From positions 10,061-74,060 of the forward strand of contig JASUSV010000004.1 of NCBI GenBank assembly GCA_030445865.1: DNA of 64,000 nucleotides, read 5' to 3'. The first letter of the stretch is position 1, and every line of letters begins with the position of its first letter. Both the position numbers and the translations under genes were made by a program. The stretch comes from Clostridia bacterium (GTDB lineage: Bacteria > Bacillota > DSM-521 > Neomoorellales > Neomoorellaceae). This document shows positions 17,699 through 26,706 of this stretch, piece by piece. The notes below the pieces were generated by a model. That model saw only the letters and a program-made list of their open reading frames with translations. It was not told where the DNA came from and made no database searches.

Positions 17699-17735
17699 GT
17701 GTCCTGCCGGCGCCCTCCGGCGCCGGCAGGACATG
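17699..17735 (+). other. GC-rich perfect stem-loop downstream of pilin 1
   Basis: GTCCTGCCGGCGCC (17701-17714) and GGCGCCGGCAGGAC (17719-17732) form a 14-bp perfect stem with a 4-nt loop, extendable by flanking pairs. There is no U-tract. Confidence 0.6.
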
Positions 17736-17821
17736 GCCCCAGCCGGAACCGGTGCGCCTGTTCCTGGGAATGAAGTAGTAAACCGGAATCTCTTTTTCCC
17801 GGGAGAGGTTGTGAGCCATTG

Positions 17822-18353
17822 ATGTCAGGTTTCCCCAACCTGCACCGCGACCGCCGCGGCTTCACCCTGGTAGAGCTTCTGGTGGTCATCCGCCATCATC
17901 GGCATTCTCGCCGCCATAGTGCTTCCGAATGCATTTCAGTCCACCGAGAAGGCCAAAATCGCCCAGGCCTATGAGACCGCCAAGGCGATAAAGTCGGCTG
18001 CGGTGCAGTACTATGCGGATACGGGGCGCTGGCCCGCGATGACTGACAATTACAGTGACATCAACGGGTTCTTGAAAGATGACGGAACGCCCGGATGGAA
18101 CGGGCCGTACCTGGAGAAATGGAAATTTGGCCCCTGGAACGGCCGGCTACGCTGGGACACGAGCATAAACGTAACCGGGGGACCTGCCAAGGATGCGATT
18201 ATTGTTTTCGACGATGACCATACACGGGATTCCAATGATAACCAGGGTAAGATTCCGCGTCGTTCGATGGAGGTAATCGACCGCACCCTTGATGATGGGA
18301 ATCTGGCTACAGGTTTTGTTCAGGGCGACGGATTAGGACACCATGCTGCCTAA
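17822..18353 (+). pseudogene. Type IV pilin paralog 2, disrupted by a +1 frameshift in the N-terminal helix
   Basis: The ATG at 17822 gives [23 protein letters not shown]. The sequence then reads GTCATCCGCCATCATC where the paralogs have GTCATCGCCATCATC, an extra C at about 17890. The rest of the pilin (LPNAFQSTEKAKIAQ..WNGPYLEKW) continues in the ORF 17919..18353. Confidence 0.8.
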
Positions 18354-18491
18354 GGAGAACTGGTTATTGTACTGGTGGCGGATGTGCAGTAGTGATCAAT
18401 GCAAGGCGTTCTTGCAAATCATGCAGGCAGTTTTTGGCATAAACTATTTCATTTGGCGTACGGGAAGCGCTTTTCAAAAGCGGGTGACAAT

Positions 18492-19070
18492 ATGCTCGGA
18501 TTTCTAAACCTGCGCCGCGACCGCCGTGGCTTCACCCTGGTGGAGCTTCTGGTGGTCATCGCCATCATCGGTATCCTGGCCGCGATAGTTCTTCCCAGCG
18601 CCTTCAAAGCGGTGGAAAAGGCGAAGATATCGCGGGTGGTCGCCGACGTGCGGGCCATAAAGGCGGCCGGTCACGCCTATTACGCCGATACCGGTGACTG
18701 GCCTAAATCAGGGCAGGATGCTTACGATCCCGGCCCTGGCGACGACTACGGCTTCCGGTACTTCATGGAGGCCGACGGCAGCGGCAGCTGGAACGGGCCG
18801 TACCTGGAGAAGCCGCCGGGTACCACGCCCTGGGGCGGTTACTACCGCTACTGGAAGAGCAGAATAACCGGTACCGTCTATGACGCCGCGGGCAATCCGA
18901 TTACAGTTAACAACACTAAATGCGCCGTGGTCACCATCGGCGGCTTTCCTGACGAAGGCATCCGCAATGCCGTGGACCAGCGCATCCGGGAGAGTGTCGG
19001 TTACTCCTATGTTGGCGAGGAAAGGGGCACTTACTACATTTCGGTGATCATCTGGATGGAAGGGTTGTAA
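18492..19070 (+). CDS. Type IV pilin paralog 3
   Basis: MLGFLNLRRDRRG|[19 protein letters not shown] and WNGPYLEKPP..PWGG are present. The ATG at 18492 is parallel to the paralog 2 start; the ORF is open from 18399. Confidence 0.85.
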   Translation: MLGFLNLRRDRRGFTLVELLVVIAIIGILAAIVLPSAFKAVEKAKISRVVADVRAIKAAGHAYYADTGDWPKSGQDAYDPGPGDDYGFRYFMEADGSGSWNGPYLEKPPGTTPWGGYYRYWKSRITGTVYDAAGNPITVNNTKCAVVTIGGFPDEGIRNAVDQRIRESVGYSYVGEERGTYYISVIIWMEGL

Positions 19071-19146
19071 GTGCCGGTGCGCTTGTCGTTTGGGTATCCG
19101 GCGCCTAGCCTGTGGTTGGGCTCGCCATAAAGCCGGAGGGATTTGA

Positions 19147-19770
19147 TTGATTAAGCGGCGTTCTAAAAATGAAAAAGGCTTCACCCTGGTGGAACTTCTG
19201 GTGGTCATCGCTATCATTGGGATCCTACCGGCCATTATTGTCCCTAGTGCGTTCAGGGCTATAGAGAAGGGTAAGGTTTCCAGGGCGGTTGCGGATCTTC
19301 GGGCGATCGGTAAAGCGGCAATGGCTTATTATGCCGACGTGGGCGATTTTCCGGGGTCTAAAGGGCACCCTCCCGGTGAGCCTTTGCAGAACGGGAGCGA
19401 TCCCGGATTCGTTCGTAAGCCCGATAGCTCTTGGCAAACGGATAACCCCAATGTTGGTTATGGAGGAAACCTGGATGCCTGGGATGGACCGTATCTTGAA
19501 AAATGGCCGTCACGGCATCCCTGGGGGGACGCCTACAGCTGGAATTACTGGCGGGATTACCCTGTACCTGGAATAGGTACGACGGTAAGTAAGGCGGGAA
19601 TTGTAACGCTGGAGGACTACGGTCGCATCCCCCGTGAATCGCTGGAGGCCATTGATCGGATCCAGGATGATGGCGATCTATCCAAGGGCTATGTATTTTA
19701 CCAGCAGAGTGGCGGTGGCGTTGGTTACAATGGTAACGGCTATCTCCAAGTGGTAGTGGCTACGCAATAA
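19147..19770 (+). CDS. Type IV pilin paralog 4
   Basis: KG|[19 protein letters not shown] and [13 protein letters not shown] are present. Confidence 0.85.
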   Translation: MIKRRSKNEKGFTLVELLVVIAIIGILPAIIVPSAFRAIEKGKVSRAVADLRAIGKAAMAYYADVGDFPGSKGHPPGEPLQNGSDPGFVRKPDSSWQTDNPNVGYGGNLDAWDGPYLEKWPSRHPWGDAYSWNYWRDYPVPGIGTTVSKAGIVTLEDYGRIPRESLEAIDRIQDDGDLSKGYVFYQQSGGGVGYNGNGYLQVVVATQ

Positions 19771-19777
19771 GAAGGAG

Positions 19778-19819
19778 CTATTGATAGTCGTCGCCATCAT
19801 CGGAGTGCTGGAGGCGTAA
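19778..19819 (+). pseudogene. Orphan fragment of a pilin N-terminal helix
   Basis: It translates as LLIVVAIIGVLEA*. The nucleotides CTATTGATAGTCGTCGCCATCATCGGAGTGCTGG resemble the conserved pilin 5' cassette. It sits immediately after the pilin 4 stop. Confidence 0.5.
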
Positions 19820-19843
19820 GGCTAGGATCTGCGGTATTGTTAC

Positions 19844-20632
19844 TTGGATAGAAGGAATGTAAGCAAAAGGAAAAATATGTTTTGGATGGAAGGTTTTTTC
19901 TTCTTATTGGGTCTTTTTATCGGTAGTTTCCTCAATGTAGTGATTTACCGCCTACCGCGAGGAGAAACGGTAGTTTCGGGGCGATCCCGTTGCCCTGCCT
20001 GCGGGCGGGTGCTGGCCTGGTATGATCTCTTCCCGGTGCTTAGCTACCTCGTCCTGCGGGGTAGGTGCCGTTACTGCGGGGCGCAAATTTCCCCGCGGTA
20101 TCTGATAGTGGAGTTGTTGACCGGCGCGGTGTTTGCCGCGCTGTTTTACCGTTTGGGGCCGACACCGGCGCTGGCCAAGTACCTTTTTCTCGGCGCCGTC
20201 TTGATAGCAGCCGCCTTTATCGACCTGGAGCACTACCTGATCCCGGATCGCCTTGTGCTTGCCGGGCTGGCGGGCGCCGTAATCCTGGGTTTCGCGGCCC
20301 GAGACCTGGAAATCTGGTCGGCTCTGGCGGGATTCGCGGCGGGAGCAGGATTTTTGTCTGTTGTTGCCGTAATTAGCAAGGGTGGGATGGGTGGTGGTGA
20401 CGTGAAGCTGGCAGCGGTAGCGGGGCTTTTTCTCGGCTGGCCGCTCGCGGCTTTAGCCTTGTTTCTGGCCGTAGTTGCCGGTGGTCTGGCGGCGGCTGTT
20501 TTCCTGTTTCTCGGGATAAAGGGGCGGAAAGATCCCGTTCCGTTTGCCCCCTTCATCGCGGCGGGCACGCTTGCCGCGATCCTTTGGGGCGCTCATATCA
20601 TTGACTGGTATCGGCAAGTTTTTCTGCTCTAA
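19844..20632 (+). CDS. pilD: Prepilin peptidase (A24 family) PilD
   Basis: The N-terminal Cys box CPACG..CRYCG is present in a polytopic membrane protein, together with the catalytic-region motif GMGGGDVKL. The start may instead be the ATG at 19877. Confidence 0.88.
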   Translation: MDRRNVSKRKNMFWMEGFFFLLGLFIGSFLNVVIYRLPRGETVVSGRSRCPACGRVLAWYDLFPVLSYLVLRGRCRYCGAQISPRYLIVELLTGAVFAALFYRLGPTPALAKYLFLGAVLIAAAFIDLEHYLIPDRLVLAGLAGAVILGFAARDLEIWSALAGFAAGAGFLSVVAVISKGGMGGGDVKLAAVAGLFLGWPLAALALFLAVVAGGLAAAVFLFLGIKGRKDPVPFAPFIAAGTLAAILWGAHIIDWYRQVFLL

Positions 20633-20665
20633 AGCAATTAAGAAACCTAGCGCAGGCGAAAAGGC

Positions 20666-21154
20666 TTGAGAAGTGGTCTTAAAGGCACGGAAGCCCGCAC
20701 GTTGCTCGAGGTTGTCATAGTGATGCTGATAGTTTCTACGGTGCTGGCCATCGCCGTGCCCGAACTTGGGAAGCCCCTCGCCGCCGCCCGCCTGGATGCC
20801 CTGGCCGGGCAGGTGGCGGCGGATATCCGAACGGTACAGCAAAGGGCCATTAGTGAGGAAAGCGCCGCCTATTATATTAATTTTTACCCGCATGGCAACC
20901 GGTATGAGGTCAGAAAGACGGGCTACCCGGTGTACGTGATACTGGATAAGGTAACCCTGCCCAGCACCGCCCAGCTCGTGGAGACCACTTTCAATGAGGA
21001 CAGGCTGGCGTTTTCGGCGGGTGGTAGGCCCGTCCAGGGTGGCACCATAACGCTGCGGGACAGGCGATCGGGGCGTTCCCGGTATGTGATCGTTGCTCCC
21101 GTCACGGGGAGGGTGCGGGTGAGTGATAGTCCTCCGGAAAGCTGGGAAAAATAG
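20666..21154 (+). CDS. GspH/FimT-like minor pilin
   Basis: An N-terminal hydrophobic helix (TLLEVVIVMLIVSTVLAIAVP) and a GspH-like C-terminus (GTITLRDRRSGRSRYVIVAPVTGRVRV) are present. Confidence 0.65.
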   Translation: MRSGLKGTEARTLLEVVIVMLIVSTVLAIAVPELGKPLAAARLDALAGQVAADIRTVQQRAISEESAAYYINFYPHGNRYEVRKTGYPVYVILDKVTLPSTAQLVETTFNEDRLAFSAGGRPVQGGTITLRDRRSGRSRYVIVAPVTGRVRVSDSPPESWEK

Positions 21155-21581
21155 GCATCGGTGGAATAGCCTGGATAATAGTGGTTTTACCTTGATAGAA
21201 GTATTAATCGCCGTCCTGGTTCTCGTGGCTGCCATTGTTCCCCTGATGACGGCATTTATTCACGGTACGCGCTGGACGGCCGAATCGCGCGACCTGATAA
21301 CGGCTGTAAATCTTGCCCAGGGGAAGCTGGAGGAGCTGAAGAATAGGCCCTACGTGAACCTCGAAGCGGGAGAACCGACCGACCCCAATCAACCACCACG
21401 CTCCTTTACCGGCTATCCCCGGTATGCTTATGGGGTTGCCGTTTCCCTGATTGCCGTACCCGAAGGTGCGAACGCGAAGAACGTGAAAACGGTAACGGTG
21501 GCCGTCTACGACACCGCCACCGGCCGGGAAGTCGTCTCCCTGACGATGGACAAGGGCGACTGGAAAGGTGACTGGAAGTGA
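21123..21581 (+). CDS. PilV-like minor pilin (prepilin-type N-terminal cleavage/methylation domain)
   Basis: The motif SG|FTLIEVLIAVLVLVAAIVPL is present. The start codon is uncertain. Confidence 0.7.
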   Translation: MIVLRKAGKNRHRWNSLDNSGFTLIEVLIAVLVLVAAIVPLMTAFIHGTRWTAESRDLITAVNLAQGKLEELKNRPYVNLEAGEPTDPNQPPRSFTGYPRYAYGVAVSLIAVPEGANAKNVKTVTVAVYDTATGREVVSLTMDKGDWKGDWK

Positions 21582-22099
21582 GGCGCGGGTGCGCGGGGGA
21601 ACGCGGTTTTACCCTGGTCGAGGTCGTGGTGGCCGTTTTGATCTTCAGCCTGTTGGTGGGGGCGGCACTGGCCCTGTACCATCAGGCCGTGTTGTCCTGG
21701 CGCCGGGAAGAAGCGAGGGTTGACGTCCAGGAGAACTTGCGCATCGGCCTGGATAGGATGAGCAGAGAACTTAAGACCGCCTTAAGACTGGTCGAGGCTC
21801 AGGAGGGCAGGCTGGGTTTTATTATTGAGGCAAAAGACGACGCGGGTAATACCGTACAGAAGACCGTATATTATTACCGTGATTCCGCCCGCGGGCAGTT
21901 AATGCGCAAGGTCGACGGCGGGCAGAACCCGCTGGCCAGCTACGTGACGGTTTTAAGGCTGGTGTACTACGATGCGGGTGACAATCCCACGCAGAACTTG
22001 GACAGCATCCGCCGGGTCGAGATCACCCTCACCGGGCGGAAAGGCAACGGACCCGAAGTCACAATGACTACTTCTGTAAGGATTAGGGCGCTCGGCTGA
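21578..22099 (+). CDS. PilW-like minor pilin (prepilin-type N-terminal domain)
   Basis: The motif ERG|FTLVEVVVAVLIFSLLVGAAL is present. Confidence 0.7.
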   Translation: MRRGCAGERGFTLVEVVVAVLIFSLLVGAALALYHQAVLSWRREEARVDVQENLRIGLDRMSRELKTALRLVEAQEGRLGFIIEAKDDAGNTVQKTVYYYRDSARGQLMRKVDGGQNPLASYVTVLRLVYYDAGDNPTQNLDSIRRVEITLTGRKGNGPEVTMTTSVRIRALG

Positions 22100-22107
22100 G
22101 GGGGTGC

Positions 22108-23349
22108 TTGCCTTTGCATCGGAAGAGCGCTGGGCAAGGGCGATCCAGGGGCGCGCAACGGGGACAGGCCCTCATCCTGGTTATGCTCGTGCTCCTTGTC
22201 GTCGCCGTGCTCGGCACCGCGGCCGTCACCCTGGCCACAAGCCACCGACAGACGGCCGCCCGGCAGCGGAACCTCGTGCAGGCGTACTACGCGGCGGACG
22301 CCGGCGTGGAGAGGGTACTGGTGATGATCAGGCAAAACCCGGGATGGTTTATGCCGGAGCCTTTGAAGAACGTTCCTTACGCCGGCGGCAACATTGAGAG
22401 GGTGACCGTCGAAAAGCTGCAGGGAGGGCCCGGAACGGGGCTGAAGATAACCTCCGAGGGCACCTTCATAAAGGCGCGAAAGACGCTGGAGGTCAAAGTC
22501 CGGGTTTACACCCCCGGCGACCTGCTTAAAGGGGTCAGCATTTTTCCGCCGGCGCCGGATTACCTGCAAGAAATTACCGGGAACTTTACCCTGAAGGGCG
22601 AGTCGGGGAAGCCTAGGCCGGTATTTCTGATAGACGGGAGCCTGGATGTCCGTGGCGCGACCCAAAAGCACATCGATGCCGACGTGTATGCTTCGGGCAG
22701 TATTGAAGGGCTGACAGGCGACAACGTCCACCCCAGGTACCTGGCCGTCCCGCCTTTTCCAGAGCTGAAAGAGGAATGGTACCGGACTCAGGCTAAGTAT
22801 CTTTATTCGGATGATATCACTTTTCCACTAGAGTCGCAGAAGCGTGACCACGGAAAGGAACGCAAGCGAGATGTGCCAAGTAGTGACCACGGAAAGGGAG
22901 AGGGGCAGCAGGGGAAGAGCGAAGACGTTGCCGAGTACAGTGGCGTGTACTTTGTGGACGGAAACGTTCGAATTTCAGGCGCGTACAGCGGGCAGGCGGT
23001 CATCGTGGCGGGAGGTAACATAGAGGTCACCGGTGACCTTCGGGCTGAGGACCGGGGTAACGACCTCTTGGTTCTTATCTCGCTGAATCCCGGCGGCGGC
23101 GTAGACATAAAGAATTATTCGGTGGACGCCTTAATTATAGCCAGCGGTATTTTCTCGGCCCAGGGAAACGCCCAACTTTTCGGGGGAATAATCGCCAGTC
23201 AGCTGGATCTCAACGGCAGCGTAACGATTACCTGTGATCCCGCCCTTACTGAGAGCAATCAGGACTTGTTAGGGCTGGCTTTTGGCGACAGCAACAACCG
23301 GCCGGTCATAAGGATTGAAAGCTGGAGTGAGCAGTATCCGGTCTTTTAG
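22108..23349 (+). CDS. PilX-like pilus assembly protein
   Basis: The PilX_N-like N-terminus GQALILVMLVLLVVAVLGTAAVTLA..QAYYAADAGVE is followed by a large variable C-terminal domain. Confidence 0.65.
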   Translation: MPLHRKSAGQGRSRGAQRGQALILVMLVLLVVAVLGTAAVTLATSHRQTAARQRNLVQAYYAADAGVERVLVMIRQNPGWFMPEPLKNVPYAGGNIERVTVEKLQGGPGTGLKITSEGTFIKARKTLEVKVRVYTPGDLLKGVSIFPPAPDYLQEITGNFTLKGESGKPRPVFLIDGSLDVRGATQKHIDADVYASGSIEGLTGDNVHPRYLAVPPFPELKEEWYRTQAKYLYSDDITFPLESQKRDHGKERKRDVPSSDHGKGEGQQGKSEDVAEYSGVYFVDGNVRISGAYSGQAVIVAGGNIEVTGDLRAEDRGNDLLVLISLNPGGGVDIKNYSVDALIIASGIFSAQGNAQLFGGIIASQLDLNGSVTITCDPALTESNQDLLGLAFGDSNNRPVIRIESWSEQYPVF

Positions 23350-23527
23350 AACCCTTATATGTCAGCCTGGTGGAGGTCGCGGGCGCGCAGGAACCGGAAT
23401 TGCACCTGCTTGTAAAGCAATTTTAAGAACCCCTTTTTTTCGAGCTGGACTTAGATTATTATAAAGTGGAGGCTAGGTACTAGGGCCATTATTACGAAGG
23501 TAACCAACCATTTCACGGGAGGATTTT

Positions 23528-24367
23528 ATGTTCTGGTCTCGAATCCTGGGCGTAGACCTGGGAACCGCGAACATCAAAGCAGTTTTGATTGCCGGCCGCC
23601 GGGTCCACACGGCGAAAGCCCCTGCACCGCCTGCCGGACCGGGCGACCGCGCCGGCCTAACCGCCGCTTTGTCGGCAGCCGTGGCTCAATTAAAAGGCGG
23701 GGCAGGCCGGGCGGTGACGGCGCTGTCCGGGGACCAGGTGGTAGTGCGCTTTATAAAACTGCCGCTAATGACCGGGAAGGAATTGCGCTCCGGCTTGCAG
23801 TATGAGGCCGAGCGCTATCTGCCCGTGAACCTGCAAGAATATGTTTTGGACTGGGTCGTCCTGCGGAAACTGCCTGACCGGCAAATGCTGGTCATGCTGG
23901 CGGCTGCCCCCAGGGAGCTGGCCTATAGTTACTACGAGTTATTCCAGGCCGCGGGCCTGACTCTTCTATCCCTGGACGTAGCGCCCCTGGCCCTGCTGCG
24001 TTCCCTGGCCCCGGGCAGGGAGGAGAACGCCATCCTCTTGGATGTCGGAGCCGGTTCCACCCAGATAGTGGTCGCCCCCGGCGGTTGCCCGGAATTCAGC
24101 CGGCTGGTAACCCTGGGTCTAAATAGCAGGTCGGGTCCGGACGACCTGGCTTTATTAGTTCAGGAAGTACGCCGTTCGCTGGAATTTTACCGGAGCCAGA
24201 CCGGGAATAACGTAGACTTCCGCCGCCTTATTTTGGCCGGCGGCGGCGCCTACCTGCCGGGAATTAAAGAATATCTTCAGGAAGAACTGGGATTCGAAGT
24301 TGATGTCGGCCCTTCCAGGGTGCCGCCTGAATTTGCCCTGGCCTACGGCCTGGCTTTAAGGAGATAG
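23528..24367 (+). CDS. pilM: Type IV pilus assembly protein PilM (actin-like ATPase fold)
   Basis: ILGVDLGTANIKAV..DVGAGSTQIV is present, and the gene sits directly upstream of pilN and pilO. Confidence 0.8.
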   Translation: MFWSRILGVDLGTANIKAVLIAGRRVHTAKAPAPPAGPGDRAGLTAALSAAVAQLKGGAGRAVTALSGDQVVVRFIKLPLMTGKELRSGLQYEAERYLPVNLQEYVLDWVVLRKLPDRQMLVMLAAAPRELAYSYYELFQAAGLTLLSLDVAPLALLRSLAPGREENAILLDVGAGSTQIVVAPGGCPEFSRLVTLGLNSRSGPDDLALLVQEVRRSLEFYRSQTGNNVDFRRLILAGGGAYLPGIKEYLQEELGFEVDVGPSRVPPEFALAYGLALRR

Positions 24368-24371
24368 GCGC

Positions 24372-24890
24372 ATGCATGCCGTTAACCTGTTGCCGCCTGA
24401 ACTTAGACCCCGCCGCTTTGTAGTTTTGGGCCCGAAGCAGGTGGCATTGGCTTTCCTGCTGGCCCTGAGCCTCGCTCTTGCCTATTTCCCGCTGGCCAAT
24501 TCTTTCCTGGCCCGGCAGTTGCAACAAATCGAAAGAGAACTGGCCTTGCTGGGTCCCCAGGTGCAGAAGGTTGAAAACCTTGCCGCCTCGTTAGAGCGCG
24601 AGGCGGCGGAAGATAAAGTTTTAACTCAAAGAGCGGCCGGCCGCCGGGCTTTAAGCCCCTTTTTAGAAAGCCTGGATTCCAGTTTACCCCCGGGAATCTG
24701 GCTGGTAGAGCTACAGGTGTCCGCTCAGGGTGAAATAAATTTAAAAGGAAAGGCTCTCGGGCTTGAACCGGTGGGAGAACTGTTGAACAATTTACAGGTA
24801 AGAGCCGGGCTTAAAGAAGTCGTCCTGCCGGAAATTAAGGCGGATCCCGAAGGTAGCTACGTGAGCTTTGTTGTGAAAGCTAGACTATGA
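24372..24890 (+). CDS. pilN: PilN-like fimbrial assembly protein
   Basis: The N-terminus INLLP-like (AVNLLPPELRPRR), a single TM helix and a coiled coil are present. Confidence 0.7.
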   Translation: MHAVNLLPPELRPRRFVVLGPKQVALAFLLALSLALAYFPLANSFLARQLQQIERELALLGPQVQKVENLAASLEREAAEDKVLTQRAAGRRALSPFLESLDSSLPPGIWLVELQVSAQGEINLKGKALGLEPVGELLNNLQVRAGLKEVVLPEIKADPEGSYVSFVVKARL

Positions 24891-25726
24891 ATTTCTTCCG
24901 TCTTAATCTAAACCGCCGGGAAAAGATCTTGCTGGGGGTTTTGGGTTGCCTGTTAATTTTCTTTTTAACCTACAGCTTTATCGGGCGCCAGCAGCTCCCG
25001 CGTTACCGTCAGCTCAAGGCCGAGATCGCCGCCCGCGAGGTCCGGCTAAAAAAAGCCCAGCAGGTAGTGGCAAGCGCCCAGGCCCTTGGCGAGCGCCAAA
25101 ATAAGTGGCAGGCCGAGAAGGAAGTTTTGCGCCGGCGCCTGGCTTTAGACGATACGGCGCTGGAAGGCTTCCTTAAAATTTTGCAGCCGGAAGAAGAAGG
25201 GTTGCAGGTTAGTGAGTTAAGGCCGGGCCAAGAGCGCCGGGAAGGTAACCTCAAGATACAATCCTGGCAGCTCAAGCTGGTAGGATTCTACCCCTCTTTA
25301 AAATTGTACCTTAAACGCCTGGAGACCCGGCTGCCTCTCCTGCAGGTTACCAGCATAAAAGTTAATGCCCGGCCCGGAGCCCCTTTTTCCTCGGTAGAGG
25401 CCGATCTTACCCTGGAGTTACCGGTTTTACCCGGTGAAAAAGGGCTGCCAGCCGGACCGGTTATCGCCTTGCCCAAGAATGTAGATGTTTTTGCCCCGCC
25501 TCCAAAAGGCGGACCAGCGGCAGAAGGGCGCCAGGCGCCCGGTACAACAGAGGGAGAGAAAAGCCGGGCTGCTGCCCCTGCCCTGTCCTATACTCCCGCC
25601 AACACCCCACCTGCTTCTCCCGGCAAGGACCGGCCTGCCGTTCCGGGAAGTCTGGGCGGGCCGGGAAACGGGAACGAGCCGGGCGGCAGGGCGGAGAAGC
25701 CCAGCTATACCTTTCCGCGCCGGTAA
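24887..25726 (+). CDS. pilO: PilO-like pilus assembly protein with Pro/Gly-rich C-terminal tail
   Basis: It has a single N-terminal TM helix and a coiled coil, its start is coupled to the pilN stop, and it occupies the PilO position. Confidence 0.6.
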   Translation: MNFFRLNLNRREKILLGVLGCLLIFFLTYSFIGRQQLPRYRQLKAEIAAREVRLKKAQQVVASAQALGERQNKWQAEKEVLRRRLALDDTALEGFLKILQPEEEGLQVSELRPGQERREGNLKIQSWQLKLVGFYPSLKLYLKRLETRLPLLQVTSIKVNARPGAPFSSVEADLTLELPVLPGEKGLPAGPVIALPKNVDVFAPPPKGGPAAEGRQAPGTTEGEKSRAAAPALSYTPANTPPASPGKDRPAVPGSLGGPGNGNEPGGRAEKPSYTFPRR

Positions 25727-25861
25727 AGGACGTAGCTGCGTGTTGTGGATAGCAGCCGGCGGATAATTTAGCTTGCGGACTTCGAGGCCGGGAAAAGGCT
25801 GCCGGAAAGTTCGTTTGGGGCACCCGCAGCTTTCACCCCGGCCGGAACGGAGGGTGTTGCT

Positions 25862-26605
25862 TTGCGTCCTAAAATTTTGGCCGCGCTGGCCGTTTTACTG
25901 TTAAGTTTTATCCTTATCTTACCCCGGGCCGGGGGCACCCCGCGGGGCAGCCAAACTTTGAGCGCCTATTTCGCGGGGATAAAAATTTACCTTAACGGGA
26001 GGCCAATTAATTTTCCCGTCGAGCCCTTCCTGCTGGGTGAAACCGGGATGGTTTTTGCGCCGGTAAGGCCGCTGGCCGAAGCATTGGGTCTCGAGGTGAG
26101 CTGGGATGGGAGGGCCAGGGCCGTTTACCTCGGCGAAAGGCCCGGTAAATCCACAGAGCAGGCGTCGGCAACAACAAGCCGGCCGCCAGAATTCCTGGAG
26201 GACCTTATGGTCATCCGCAATGTCGGGCCTTTTTACCGCCTCCAGAGCCGGAATCTGGCCATTGCCGGCCGGGAATTCGGCCACGGCCTGGCCGTAGAGT
26301 TAAATAAAGATGCCAGGGCAGAAGCCGTGGTGGACCTTAAAGGACAGTACCGCTCCTTGGAGGGTTTTATCGGGGTAGAAGATGAAACCATGAACAGCCG
26401 CGGCGCTTATAAACTCACCATCCTGACTGACGACGTGGTACGCTACGAAAGCCATCTTATTAAACCCGGAACCTACCCTTACTTTATCAGCCTGGACTTG
26501 CGGGGCGTCAAGCGCCTGACTTTCCAGGTTAACTGGCAGGCGGCAGGAATAGGCGATTATGATCGTATAGTGGCCGCCTTGGCGGATATCAAGTTATTTC
26601 GTTGA
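25862..26605 (+). CDS. Secreted protein: copper-amine-oxidase-N-terminal-like (stalk) domain plus NPCBM-like beta-sandwich
   Basis: A signal peptide and a stalk-domain-like segment (IKIYLNGRPINFPVEPFLL..VFAPVRPLAEALGLEVSWD) are present. The C-terminal domain assignment is from memory only. Confidence 0.5.
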   Translation: MRPKILAALAVLLLSFILILPRAGGTPRGSQTLSAYFAGIKIYLNGRPINFPVEPFLLGETGMVFAPVRPLAEALGLEVSWDGRARAVYLGERPGKSTEQASATTSRPPEFLEDLMVIRNVGPFYRLQSRNLAIAGREFGHGLAVELNKDARAEAVVDLKGQYRSLEGFIGVEDETMNSRGAYKLTILTDDVVRYESHLIKPGTYPYFISLDLRGVKRLTFQVNWQAAGIGDYDRIVAALADIKLFR

Positions 26606-26706
26606 TTCCAGGGCAGGAATATTTCTAGACCTGGTGAATTATACTAAAGCAGCATACTCTAATTTTGGCAAAATCCAGCACCGCACATAAGCTTTAAATT
26701 GAAGAG

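Noticed and set aside
22844-22897. A 15-bp direct repeat, GTGACCACGGAAAGG, occurring twice 39 nt apart inside the PilX-like gene
   Set aside because: It is a short in-frame duplication in a low-complexity, charged linker (..DHGKERKRDVPSSDHGKGEG..). This is most simply a slippage duplication with no separate feature.
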